Assembly: GCF_040938485.1 (NCBI RefSeq)
Contig: NW_027272897.1
Location: 1-64,000, forward strand
DNA from: Diadema antillarum
Taxonomy: Eukaryota
Direction of reading: 5' to 3'
Length of the DNA stretch: 64,000 nt
Under the pieces are notes generated by a model. It searched no databases. It saw only the letters and a list, made by a program, of their open reading frames with translations, and had not been told where the DNA came from. Positions 1 to 13,300 of this stretch are shown here, one piece after another (position 1 is the stretch's first letter; every line of letters starts with the position of its first letter). A program made the translations under genes and the position numbers.

Positions 1-554
1 TATTGGTCTTTAGCAATGTGTATAGGCAGGTATATATGTAGGCCTACTGAAAAAGGCCCACCATGAATGCATTGCCTATGGTACACTGTAATAAGCATTG
101 CTCGGGCGCAAGATTTTTGAGCTGTAAGTGCTGTTGGTAATGTTGGTGATGATCATGATGATGACAGAATAATCATAATAAGAATAACAAAATAAACGTA
201 AATGCGTTTGGACATCTCTGATCTTAAATTGTTCTTTACAGGAGGGGGCAGGAAAAGGGAAAGGAAGACATGACGTCGAAAAAATTGTATAATTCATGAG
301 GATGTTCGATGATTGGATAAGAGAAAACAACTAAAAGTCACAATTGATTGTAATAAATTTGTTGTGAAGGCAATAGAATGAGGGCTGACTTTAAAGATCA
401 AGAAAAAGAAATACACACAAGATGTCAATAAGATGTCGATCAAAATTCATGATAGTTGGTCCAAGGACAACAAGTGCACACTGCGCCATACGTAGTGTTG
501 CTGTATAGCGATGTTGCATCCATTATGAATAACTTCCTTGGACTATTTCTACAG

Positions 555-671
555 ACGTCAACGAATGTGAAACACCCATCTGCCAACACGATGGTGAATG
601 TATCAATTCTATTGGAAATTTTACATGTGATTGTGCCTCGACGGGATTCGAAGGACGGCTCTGTCAGGAAG
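555..671 (+). CDS. Internal exon encoding a calcium-binding EGF-like domain (Notch/Crumbs/fibropellin-type protein; gene begins left of window)
   Basis: ctacag|ACGTCAACGAA...CAGGAAG|gtacgt. 117-nt phase 1-1 exon translating (D)VNECETPICQHDGECINSIGNFTCDCASTGFEGRLCQE: six Cys with EGF spacing, D-V-N-E-C calcium-binding start and C-x-N-x-x-G-x-F-x-C motif. The ORF track reads it in the wrong frame (456..680). Confidence 0.85.
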
Positions 672-920
672 GTACGTTAAATGATCATATCGTCCAGTTT
701 CCTTTTATACTGCACGTGTTCTGTCATCGAACATTTCTCTTATTTCCGAATGTCTATCAATCTAATTCAATGCAGTTAGTTTGTTCATCCCTCTGATACT
801 TTACACATCATACCCATTCACCATCATCAACCCTTAATCAGAACTTTTTGGAGCCAACTTATTGATACACACAGTTCTCGCCGAAGATTATTTTCTTGAT
901 GCTAAATGAGTATTGATATA

Positions 921-963
<43 letters not shown>

Positions 964-2541
964 TATATGATGTACATAAGTACTGATCGGTGATTGGACG
1001 TATAGTGCAGTCACGTGACTAATGCAGCGAAGTTAGAAATCGTTCTGATTATTACGAGGAGTGATATCACGGCAGATATTATTCTATATAGAATTTGACT
1101 GGTTGTCGATGAGGCTAGAATGAAACAATATGTATTTATGTAGATTATTATACTTCATAACAAAAACTGCCTTCACCTAGCTGAACTTCACCCCTCTGAA
1201 TAACATCTTTCTTTCATTTAAAAACTGCCTTGTCTACTGCTGTAATATAAATCTTGAAAGTCACTTAATAGGAGTTATATTTCCCCTTGAGACAATTATT
1301 TTAGTAATCTCTTGGTGGGGAAAGTAACTTCGGCGGGGATTTCATGAAATTACACCATTAAAAAAAAAAAAAAAAAAACAAGAGAAAAAAGCCCTATCCC
1401 CTTCTTTCAGGCACACAAATTGGAAAGGCTCTCCAGCCAAGGTGATTCTCATTGCTCCAACCCTGCAGTCTATGCAATCTACCCTATGAGGGTAATTATG
1501 TCTCCTCTCAGTAAATCTCAATCACAATCGCAGGTTTCAAAATAATTATTCGGTTCTTCTTTGATAAATACTAAATCATGCATTTCTACATTTCATTCTT
1601 TCTTCAAAACAATATAAAGATATGAATTTCCTCCCCCTCCCCCATTTATCACAATACACAGTTAAAGTGGTATCAACTCTTAGGAAGTTTTACTCTCCTT
1701 CACATGACATCAAAGTTTCTGCAATCCGATGTCTCTATCAATAGAAATGCTAAATTCAATAAAAATGGCGACCCTATTGGACCGCATCTGTACTTTGGAG
1801 GTTTTTGTAACAAATCTACTGAGGTGTACTTACGAAACATTGCTTAGTACGTTTGGTAATCTCATGTATGGTCTTATTTATAGAGAGAGTGGAACTCGAA
1901 AAGTAAGCACAAACTTGGATTTGACCCTCTGTGACATCTTTGGAAACAGATGCGTGTAAAAACATGATATTATGTAAAATGAGATTTCAAGTTTGAGACA
2001 TTACAACTCCTGAACCAAATACAATACTGACCTCTAATTTTCTCCAAATATTGATTATATGGGAAAGATGTTAATTTCCACATGGTGTTCATAAACATTT
2101 TTTAATTTAATTTAATTTTTTTTTACTTCTTAGAGAAATATTTACGGTGCATTCTGAACAATGTCTCCATAAAACCTTAGATGGTTTGAAATAGCATTAC
2201 AATTTTCAAATTTATATAAAAACCATATAAACAAACCATATAAGCAAAACAGACAAAATTATATCAAAATCGAAATGATACATTTACTCTGGCGAAACAC
2301 ACCATGTCAGCTTTGATGGCCTGCAATCTTGATTTTTTTTTGAGTGATTGATCCAAATTTTGTTAGAAACTTTCTAAAGCCAGGTTGTTTCAAGCTTCTA
2401 CCTCTATTTGAAAGATATTTTTGCTTCATCTCATCTGCTTCAGAACAATCCACTTTGAAATATAGCGATCAGCGTCACCTAAGCTACCACTTGGTATGAA
2501 AAGTTAGTTTGCAGGCACAAACCCTTGTTTATCAAAGCAAG

Positions 2542-2635
2542 AGTCTGCGTTTGCTAAAACTACTACACGAACCACTGCCACTGCTACACGCGCCAGTGCC
2601 AGTGGTGCGTGTAGTAGTCTTGACGCACGCAGACT
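2542..2635. repeat. Short imperfect palindrome (42-bp arms, 10-nt loop); MITE-like hairpin
   Basis: agtctgcgtttgctaaaactactacacgaaccactgccactg versus the reverse complement of the right arm, agtctgcgtgcgtcaagactactacacgcaccactggcactg. Confidence 0.7.
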
Positions 2636-4207
2636 TTTTTTACGACCAGCAATGTCTTGTCACAACTAAAGTGCCCATTTTTACAAAGTGAGTTTTCAAG
2701 TTTGAGACATTATTGCTCCTGAACAAAAAGCGGTACAGACCCTTAATTTTCTCCAAATATTAATTATATGTCAAACAAAATTCCTGAAACGTTTCAAGAT
2801 AATCCTTCAGTTATTTTCTGATTTATGCTGAATCAAGCATTTTCATGATTTTCCTTTTTTCAGAAAAATATCAAAAAATTAGTGTTTTCTCCTTAAAATT
2901 TCAATCCAGTTATCACAATAACCCACAAAAAATGGTATCAACTTGTAGAAAATTTTATTTTCTTTCATATGACATCACATTTGTTGAAATTTGATGTTTC
3001 TGTCGAATTCTATCATTCAAATAACAAATTCAGTAAATATGGCGGCCATTTTGGACGCCATCTTGGATTTGGAGGCTTTCGCAACAAATTTTTTGAGGTA
3101 GACCAGTGGAATGTTGTTTGTTACAATAAAATCTTGAAAATTAGCATGGTCTACTTAGTTTGTAGAGAGAGTGCAACTCACTCGTTAAATAAGCGAGTTT
3201 TTGGGGTTTGGCCCTCCGGTTATATGTTTGCATGAGCAGCAAATGTGGCATTGGAACATTTACAGCACTCTTGTCTTTTCACTTTCATGTTGATCTGGGC
3301 ATGTGTTTGTGCATTCATAAAAATTACAATGTATTTGAGTTGCAATGCAACAGATTATGCATTTAAAGACATGCAAGAAAAATGAACAGATTGAACTACA
3401 GATGTATCATGTCATAAGTTCAAAGAAGAATCTATATAGTTAAATTATGAACAGATGCAAAAATAGAAACATAACGGAGGGCTTGTGCCAAGCATCTACT
3501 GACTGACTATATTGCATAACTTGTACATCACAAATACCCAAACTACACTGACATGATTATACATGTACATGTGTGGGTATTCATGTATGGACTGCATGTA
3601 AAAAGGAGTAAAAATTCAACTCAACTGTGTGTTTTATAGAGGATATCTAATGCTTGTCTATGCCTTTCCATACATTATCTTTGATCACAATGCAAAGCTA
3701 CCACATTAACACATAAATATATGTATCCACAATAATAAACATCTCTGATGACTTAATACAACATGCAGCATGCTTTCTTTTCATCGATGACTTGCCAAGA
3801 GTTCGTAAATATTACATCATTGATTTATCAACTTTAGATGGTCAGAAGCTTAACAAACAATAGGTAATTAAAAGACAATAGAATACAAAAAGATGTAGTA
3901 CAAAGTGCTAAGAGTTGATGGAATACATCCCTTTTTAGAAAAAAAAAAGGGTAGCTAACTTTTTTTCAGAAGTGTAATGTGAACTATCAAATTCCTACTT
4001 TCTATAATTAGTATTTTGTGGTACAAAACATTAATACATGTAGAAAATAAAAATGAGGAACAAAATGCTATAACAACTGTATAAAAAATACGTAGCACAA
4101 GGCCTTTATGACGGGATTGAGTCTAGAAATGTAATACAACAACAACATACTACAATATTGCAGAGCATAGCCGTGCTGAAAACATGAGAGAGATTTCGGT
4201 CAGGTAC

Positions 4208-4377
4208 TTACTTTTTGCCATGCTTTATGTGCACAAGTAGAAAGAGAGCCCCAAAGATAATGCAGAGTGAGCCGGTGACAATGTAGGCTATACCGAGGAA
4301 GTTGTTTTTGCCTCCCAGCCATGACGTGGTTGTAATAACTATGCTCTTTGTACCACCAAACATGTCAACTTGGTAGT
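4208..4377 (-). CDS. TMEM30A: CDC50/TMEM30A exon 7 (last coding exon)
   Basis: cccacag|ACTACCAAG...; [31 protein letters not shown]...KHGKK*. Confidence 0.93.
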
Positions 4378-7300
4378 CTGTGGGATTTAGATGGTTAAGG
4401 TTACAATTTTGCACAATGATTCGGTTTAATGCAATTAAAGCACAGCAGATCACTACCTAAATAAAAAAAAAAAATCATTGTTCACTGTAGCACAGCCTCT
4501 CCTGCTTTTAATTCAGATGGTGTCTCTTCTTTATTCTGAATGTTTGATTTTGCAACTCATAGAAATTAATGAGGGGTACAGCATTTCTTGATCACCCAAT
4601 GATGTAAGAAAACTAAAGGAATGTCTTTTCACCATGACGATTATTTCATTGCAAACATTAGTAATACAGGTAAAACAAGTCCAAAAAAATGACATGACTT
4701 TCTTCAAATATATGAAAACATTGCACAAAACTGACTGATTTTACTGTAAACTTGTTTGAACTTGACCTAAGTATGCAATCGAAGACTTCCTGTATCAGAT
4801 CAAGTCAAAGTGAATTTGGGAAAATTCTTTACATCTGAAAGCCTTCCCCCCAAACTACACAGTGGTGAGAATGTCTGTCTTCTTTCCATGTCTATGAAGG
4901 TGATAACCAAGTTTAAAGACGCATAGTCCCGGTAGTGTAGAGGGCACTGTTGATGATACTACCGATCACTGTTAGCATTGATATGAAGATTGCCGAAGTT
5001 GAGCTGTCATCAAGTGTAAAGCTCGTATGTGTTGCTAGGTAACATTGTCTTTGCTGTCTTCTCTGTGCCTCACGCAGCCTGTAGTGATGCCAGGAAGCGT
5101 GCTTATGTGCTTCTTAGTATGACATCATAAAAGAAGTTTGCTGAAGCTGTCATCCCCCTCAGCTGAATCATGAGCCGAACTGTGATCGGACCACTGACTA
5201 CAGTGGATCAGACTAGGGAAAATGGGTCACAGCGTAAGTGCTAAAGAGGAGTCGATAGCTTAGGTCTCTATAGGAAACTTGCGTCATGCGCCCACGTACG
5301 CATTTGAATAAACCACCGGGACTATGTCCCTTTAAAGGACAATAACTGCATTAATTGCATAAGAGGTACTGCAGTTTGTTTAGCAAGAAAGAAATAATAG
5401 AATAAACAAATAACTACTCTTTTTAAATTTAACCCACCTCTTGTGCAATAGAAAAATATAAAAAAAACTTACAAACAGTAAACAAAAACAAGAATACAAA
5501 CAAAAAAGCAGGCTAATGAGCCATTAAAAATGGCACAGACATTTGAAGAAAAAGGATACTGTAGGAGACACTCAGTGTGTAATTGCCAGCTGGTAGCCCA
5601 CTGTCCAGGGGTGTGTTGGCCTGATTGACCACACGACCATACAGCTTGCGGAATGTTGGGAACGCAGCCGTCCTCATCCATACTATGAACGATTCCGTCT
5701 TGTAGCCATTCTCAAACTCCCAGATCTCCCTCTGCCAGTTTGGTGGCTTGGTTGTACCGGCAAAGGCTGGTTGGTAGGAAGGTGTCCAAAAAAAAAAAAA
5801 AAAAATCAGTTCCAAATTTCATTTGTCGAGGGAGACAAATTGAAGAAAATTCACACCTCAACTTTCACCCCTCTGATTAATATTCTCTTGCTTACATTAA
5901 TGCCCTGTCTGCTATGGACTACTTAACATAACAACATAACAATGTCGGAATTTCAGAGCTTAGGTATTTGTTCTAAGTTCAGCATGTCACTGCCGGCAAC
6001 CAGGGATAGCCTGGTGGTAGTGTCTCTGCCTGGAAAGCAGTAGATGACAGGTTCAAGTCCCATGGATCCTTTTTTTCTGACATGTTTGTTAAATCACAGA
6101 TCAGCAGTTGTGATCTTACAAATTTCATTTGTAGAAGAAGACAAACTGAAGAAAATTTATTTCACCCCTCTGATTAATACTCTCTTACTTACAATTAAAA
6201 AAAAAAATCATTCTGAGTGACATGATCAAATCTATTGACTCTCCTTCAAGCCAAGGTTTCCATGTGCATGGTAACTTGCTAACAATATATTCTTAGTGTT
6301 CTCCAGCATCAAGGTAGCAGCAATGAACACTTTAATAGGAAACTCTCAACATTCTCCATGTCTTCAACATGCTGATATTACTAGTAAGCACACAGATTAA
6401 ACAACCTGAATCTGAAAGAATTGCAATCTTTCACAGTGGCTTCTTGAAGACTCTCCCACAATTGTTAAATCACCCATTTGAAAGGCAAGTACAATGTATG
6501 TTTTTTCAGCATTGGCAGAAGAGTGTGAGATCATTCTTTCCCTGAGAGGTATACATTGAAACCACTACACAATACAGGATTGAATTCACTCCATTCCCCC
6601 CCCCCCCCCAATACAGTACAACATCTGGCACTGATGAAGACACAACTGTTGGGAAGCTAACAAGATGATGATGATGCCGAATGACTAGCCAAATTCTTGC
6701 CATGTTCCTGGCCCAGCATGCCATACCTTCAGAGAGATTGGCCCCAGGAGGGTTCCTGAACTTTGTTGAGACATCGCTGGCCCAGGCAATACCACTGGTG
6801 TCGATCTCCACCATATCACTCAGGTGACCGTCATCAGTGTAAGTGATGTTAAATGTGTCTGGAGTTTGCATGCAACATTAAACATTAAAGAACAAATTCA
6901 AAATCTAAGAGCATGTTGATACACAGTCGAATCCTGATGTCATACGTGCCATATCGTAAACTACATTGTACATCATAACTCCATACAAACATTCTTACTA
7001 AGTGTAAATGTTGTATTTATCTAAAAGTTATTCAATTTTAATAGAATATGTATATCTTACAGTGTAATAGCACAATTTAGCATATCTAAATACAAAACAC
7101 TCATAAAACAAACAAAGCTCCTTTACTAAATGCTGATATCGCATTACTTCAAGATGTCAAACATTTTCTAAGAACATGTTACATATAAAATGAAACCTCA
7201 TTAGAAGCACAGATTCATGGGACAATCATTGCATATGATATGGCAATATATTCACATTAGTTCACCCCCACACACACACATACACAGGCTTTGATTTCTG

Positions 7301-10300
7301 AAAACAAGACTACTGGCACCACTTTGAGGACAAACCAGCAAGGCTATCCTATTAAGATTATGACACATCCTTGGTCTCTCCGACAGCAATCTCTTGTTGG
7401 TTTGCCCTTTGCATGGTATGCATTGTAGAGACCCGATAGAAACCAAAGCTAAAGCACTTGGGCCTTAAAGGGGAAATTCAGTCCAAATATAAGTTAGTCT
7501 GATAAGAAAGATTAAAATCTTACGAGTTCGGCGGTGAAAATTTGACTGAAATCAGATGAAAAATAAGGAAGTTATGACATTTTGAAGTTTTGCTAGTTTG
7601 GGGAGAAACAGTTCTTGAACAGTTGATATGAATATGCAAATGGCAAAGTGAGCATGTCATTCCCTCACAACTTACCATATAGTTTGTACATAAAATTTGG
7701 AAATTTCCAGTTTTTTATTCAAACGCAATTATACCCGAAGCTCAAATCTTGATATATCTAACTGATCACTATTCTGAAGTTATTCAACCAGGAACAACAT
7801 CATGTTTCAGACTTCAATGACAGAAACATTGAATTTTTGTCTTTTTTTTTTGTACACAATCAATGGAAAATTGTGAGGGTATGACACGGTTAGCTCACTC
7901 ATTTGCATTCATATCCCCTAAACAAGAACTGTTTTGCAGAAATTAGCAAAACTTCAAAATGTCATAACTTCCTTATTTTTCATCTGATTTCAGTCAAATT
8001 TTTCCTGTTGAACTCCTAAGGGAGAAGTTACCATTGAAGAGGCTGTTAGCTATGGCACCGCAGGGAGCATAGGGGGTGTAGGTGATATTTTCAGTGGTGT
8101 TGTCAGCTGAAATGTGGGTTTGTCTGTCATAGGGGCTGCAGTCACTACTGACACTGAGAGGGTTCTGTCCAAGTAGCTGGAGGTCATCGCGAGAGTTCAC
8201 ATAGCGGCGATGATTTTGGAAATAGTTCGTCAGGCGGTAGTAAATGTAGATGGGACCCTGCACAAAGGAAACAAAGGACTCAGTGTTAAGCGGGCTCTTG
8301 TAACCTTGTTATGAGTTGTACCAGTATTATCTCTTCCAACATTTTCAACATAGAATACTATTGAACGCATAACAGTGCCTTCATTCAACATTGCATTATT
8401 ACAGTGTTTAAAAATTACTTTGCATAGAATAAAATTTGTGGCATGTAACTGTAAATTTATTTTTTGTATTTGTTTGTTATGTATATATGTTATATCTGGA
8501 GAAATCAATTGAAAACTCCAGTGGGCCTAGAAAAAACAAAGTTAATATTGCCAAATATTTCAGTTGTAATTCTAACATCTCAGTACATAAACATTCCTAC
8601 AAATATATATATATATTTTTTTCTTTTTCAAACAAACCCTAACTGTAATGGTGAAATTTCATGCAGATACACAGAAGGTATTTGCAAGATGGGATGTACT
8701 ACGATGCACCATTTGCAAACCTCTGCTCCTACACATAAAATGTTATCAAACATACACAGACTGTAAATTACTGACATTTTCTTCTTGCACTTCGTGTACA
8801 GGAAGTGCAATAGAGTGAAGTGTTTCCCATGTAAATATGACATTGAACCACTGACGATAACACAATTCCCAACCACAATGGAAGAACTGCTTACCTCAAT
8901 TTTCTCCTGTAGTTCAAACTGGAGGGTGCATGAGCAGGAATTGTTTTCATTGGCAGGGTCAGCATAAAAATCTATACAGGTCTCTGTTCCATTAGTGTCA
9001 TTCTGGTAAGTACAGGCTGTTGTGTAGTCCAGCATAATCTCTTGAACCTGAATTTTAAAGTGGTAATGATATGCACAAAAATAATGGCAATGATGAGAAT
9101 TACATGGTGATCTTCTTGATATTAACCTTGTATTCATTATCATTTATATTACCTTGAATCCCAATTACGCACAATTCAAAAGCTAGTGGTTTTATATTTA
9201 ACCAAACAGGATAGCAGCACTTTCAATACCAATATTTCTTACAATTGTGCATTCAGAGACAACAGAGATTTCTTCAATGTAACAGTTTACAGACAACCAC
9301 ATTATTAATCTACAAGTGTAAAGGTAGGCCTACATTGTACTGTACATTTGTATGTCCCTTCCCTATACCTTCATGTATAAAGCCATTCTTGACTAGCTAT
9401 TGATTGACAAGCTTGCACTCATGTTGATAAATGCATATTACAGGCATAAGTAATCAACATTATGCACACCGTGAGGACACTCTAAAAAATGAAAGATACA
9501 ATGTGCTGACATATGAACTCAAAGATATCGTCCATAGTGCATGCAGTAAGCACATCAATTTGAACTGCATATTATGTAGTGATTTTAACAATGCAGTCAC
9601 TAGACTAGAGGTTGATGTTGCATCCATTCATAATCCATGAGCATGCAGATATCGTAGCATGAAACGCAAAATGTTCTACACATGTATAAGTACGTACATA
9701 AAATTGACAACTATAGTCCCTTTCACTTGAAGACAATGATCAAACACAAAACAATTGTATATTGTATGCAAGCTGTTCTAATTAAAAAAAAAAATCCGCT
9801 CTAATATTTGGTCACATGGTCAAAGAGTGGGATGTAGAAATAATGTACAGTGTAACAGATTTCAAACTAGCAACTGGAAAAAAAAAGTCTCATAATATGC
9901 TGCTTTTGAATTACACTACGTACTATACAAACATCAGCAACACCTAAGAGTGAAGGGGCATGTGTACAAGGAGTGTATAATGTACTACCGTATGTGTTTT
10001 CACAGTGAGAGAGGGAAAAAAAAAAGAAAATCAAGAGAATTCACTATGATCAAGGTTGTTCAAACACAACTGCCTATTTACTCACGTTATTGGATGTCAC
10101 AAGGAAACCCACTCCTAGGGGAACAAATACCAAGCCTACCACAAAGAACATGGGTAGGACAGTGCCTGCAGTCAGAATGGGCTGCCATGCTGGTAACCTC
10201 TGCTGTTTGAAAGCTGTGTCTGTAAAAGGCAAACATACAATGTGAGAGTAGGTCAATTCAGGGTACAAATGTCACCATTTGAATCTACAATTTGTTTACG

Positions 10301-13300
10301 GTACATGGTACAGTTATGGCTACAAAATGGAGTGTACAGTATGTATACCCTTAGTATTTAGTCTAGACATGCCCAGGTTTGACAAAAGAATTGATGATTA
10401 TAGAATATTGTAAATATTAGTGGAGGCTTTAGAAAAAGATTTAAATCCTCCATCTAGACTACAAATGTACAGTTTTTCTGGTAAATCTGAGCAAATACAA
10501 CCAAAAGATCATACAAGCTGTAAGACCTACACAAAGCTCTAGATGGCAAATTGTAATGTTTGAATGCATACACTGTACTCAGATCTGCTAAACCATACAC
10601 CACACCACTACAAGGGATGCCAAGTTCAAACAATTTTTATGAGTGAGATTTTCATGACTCGGTATCTCGGCGCGCGAATGTGTGGGAGGGTTTTTCCCCC
10701 CTGTGGCCTCCCACGGTAGGGAGCTTTTTCAATTTTTTGCTCTTAATGGTGCGATCAGGTGCACACTTCAGTGATTATTTTTTACTTATTTTGAAAGACA
10801 AAAGGGAAATATACCCTCAATTGCAACTATCACTTTAATCTTTTGAGCTATGCTTATCATTATAGGCCTAAGTTGCAGACTTCGCCCTATGCGTGAGAAA
10901 AATGGGTGTCATGCGTGAGATCGTGAGATGGCCCCTAAATTCTTGAGTCTCACGCAGAATGCGTGAGACTTGGTAGCTCTGCACTACAATTCATCATACA
11001 TGTACACATGTAGTTTCTAGCTTCTTCAACTTGAAAACCTGAAATGACGTCTTGAATTCTCACAAGATGCAACCGCAGGCAATCAGTGTAGCAATGCCAT
11101 GAATTCCACATTCCCATCTTGCACAGAAATCACAGGAAATACTTAGAATGTGATAATAGCGTATTTCCAATCATTCACTTTGTCTACAGCTGTATATGTT
11201 TAAACCAAATTGTTTATTAAGTGTTGTTATTGATGTTGACTTGCAAGTCATCACTCAAATACAGCTAACTCTACGCTTCATGGTATAATGTATGCTGCAG
11301 CTGACACGATCTGAAACTGAAGTTGGCCATCTATTCTAATCTTATGCAAATATGAAGTGTTGCATGTCATCACTCAAAACAGTTCACTCTTTGCGAGCTT
11401 TGCAGGTATGTATGTTGCCTACACAAATTGAAACTAAAGTTATCCAGCTAATTTTATGCAAATAGGAGGATGCCAAAATTAGATGGCTGACTTCAGTTTC
11501 TGATAGTGGTCTACTGTTAAAGTGGAAAGTTTTGTGCATGTCATGCGCCATGAAGCCAGCACAAAATAAAAGCACAAAAATATTTGTGCTTGTTACAGAA
11601 AATTACATGATACTATGTGAAATGGAGTATTTTACAGAATTGAAAAATTCAATATTTATCTTACCCAGGCGAGTGTAAAAAATTACTCACTCAAAAATTT
11701 GCGCTCTCATGGTCATATTACGTGCCATGTACGTATGTATTACACATGCACACCTACAGTATAGGCCCATCAAGAAGGATACAACGATCCAAGTCTAGTT
11801 TCATGGACTACAATGTAGTTGCTTTAGACATGATTGGGACACTGTATAAGCTGTTAATTTTGCGTATAGATATCTTCGTAAATGAGCAGGTCACAGACAT
11901 TTTGGCAAGATGTTGTTTTCGTGATTTTGACATTGACGCTTCATATGGCACGAATGCCCATCAGTTCAAGATAATTTTGTGTGTTGTAAAAGTCACGGTC
12001 TAACAGTGATACACGAAATTTGAGAAAATTAACCCTTGCAAAAATAACAGCTCATACAGTATTATCTTCAAGGTTCAAGGTGTTGTGTGGTGGTTGTGGC
12101 GCAGGTGCAGTTTTGCACCAGGTGCCCAATCCCAGCTTTATGACATAAAATTCAATCTTTCGCTCAAAGCAATGTTAAAACCTTCTCAGGCTCTCTCTCG
12201 ACATTTTGCCACTATAAATCTGCAACATGATGAACTTTCATATCAAAATCAACAATACACGTTCTCAAGGCAGCTTGCAATGCACTGAATGTAGCGAACC
12301 AATAGCAATCACAGTGAGTTTTTCTATGGTATCTTCAAAAAGATATTCTCGTTTCCTCTTGAAATCAGCTTGTTCTAGTACTTCCACTTTTTCAAGGACA
12401 TGTATATACTACATCTTCCTCTTTTTTTTATTATTAATCACTTTCTTTCCTCTCAACTTTTCTTTATCTCCTCTTTAATGCTATTTTCTTATTTGTTTCC
12501 TTCCATCTGGCTTTTCCTTCATCTACATTTTCTTTCTTTCCTTTCCAATATCTTTTTTCTTTTAACATCTTTTTAAGTATCTCTTTTTTTTTTCTTTTTC
12601 AAATAGAATTCTTTTCCCTCTCTGTTCACCTTTTCTTTCTTTCATTTTCAATCATCTCTTTCTCCCTTTCCTTTTCAATCTATTTTTATTTTTCTCCTTT
12701 CCCCTGTTCTTTTCGAACCCCCCTGTCATGTTTTTCTTTTCTTCCGAGTAGGTTTTTTTTCCCTTTTCATTAAAAGGCTAAGTACATAAAAATCCCTTTA
12801 TAAATGTCTTACTGAATTGTATTTTAGTGCTATATCTTTGTATTCGAATGTATTTTTTTCTCCCCCTTTCCCATCCTTTCTCTTTTATCCTTGTCCCAAG
12901 TCTTTAATTCTCTTCCTCTCGCTTCTATCTCTTTTGTCTCACTCTCCCTCTTTTTCTCTGTAATTTCTAATCTACCAAAGGTCATGATTATTTCATGAAC
13001 TTAATGTACGATTACTTCTTCACATTCATATTTTAAAATTGAAACCCACATGCAACACGGAACAACAAATCTCATATCAATGACTTCTAATAAAGCAAGA
13101 CATTGCACAACTAAACCAAAAAGCGGGCGGGGGGGGGGGGGGGGGGGGGAGGGAAAAACTAGTGTGTCTTTTAAGAGATAGATCTACCATAAGACTTGTT
13201 GTGATCGCTTTGGGATCGCTACATTCTGACCAAACAATCAACTGTATTGCATCCTGCCATGAAAATGTGTATCACTAATTTGAAAAGAAAATTCATCATT

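Noticed and set aside
456-680. ORF MVQGQQVH... as a protein
   Set aside because: Wrong frame of the EGF exon at 555-671.
10612-10981. hAT-like MITE (agggatgccaagt ... acttggtagctctg)
   Set aside because: TIRs are too degenerate and no TSD was found; probably a composite of fragments.
12240-12400. Protein-like minus-strand stretch [28 protein letters not shown] (possible GIY-YIG or TE relic)
   Set aside because: No diagnostic motif and no supported splice sites; too short to call without an HMM search.
13125-13149. Poly-G runs as regulatory G-quadruplexes (also about 33940-33960)
   Set aside because: Simple homopolymers, common and error-prone; no supporting context.
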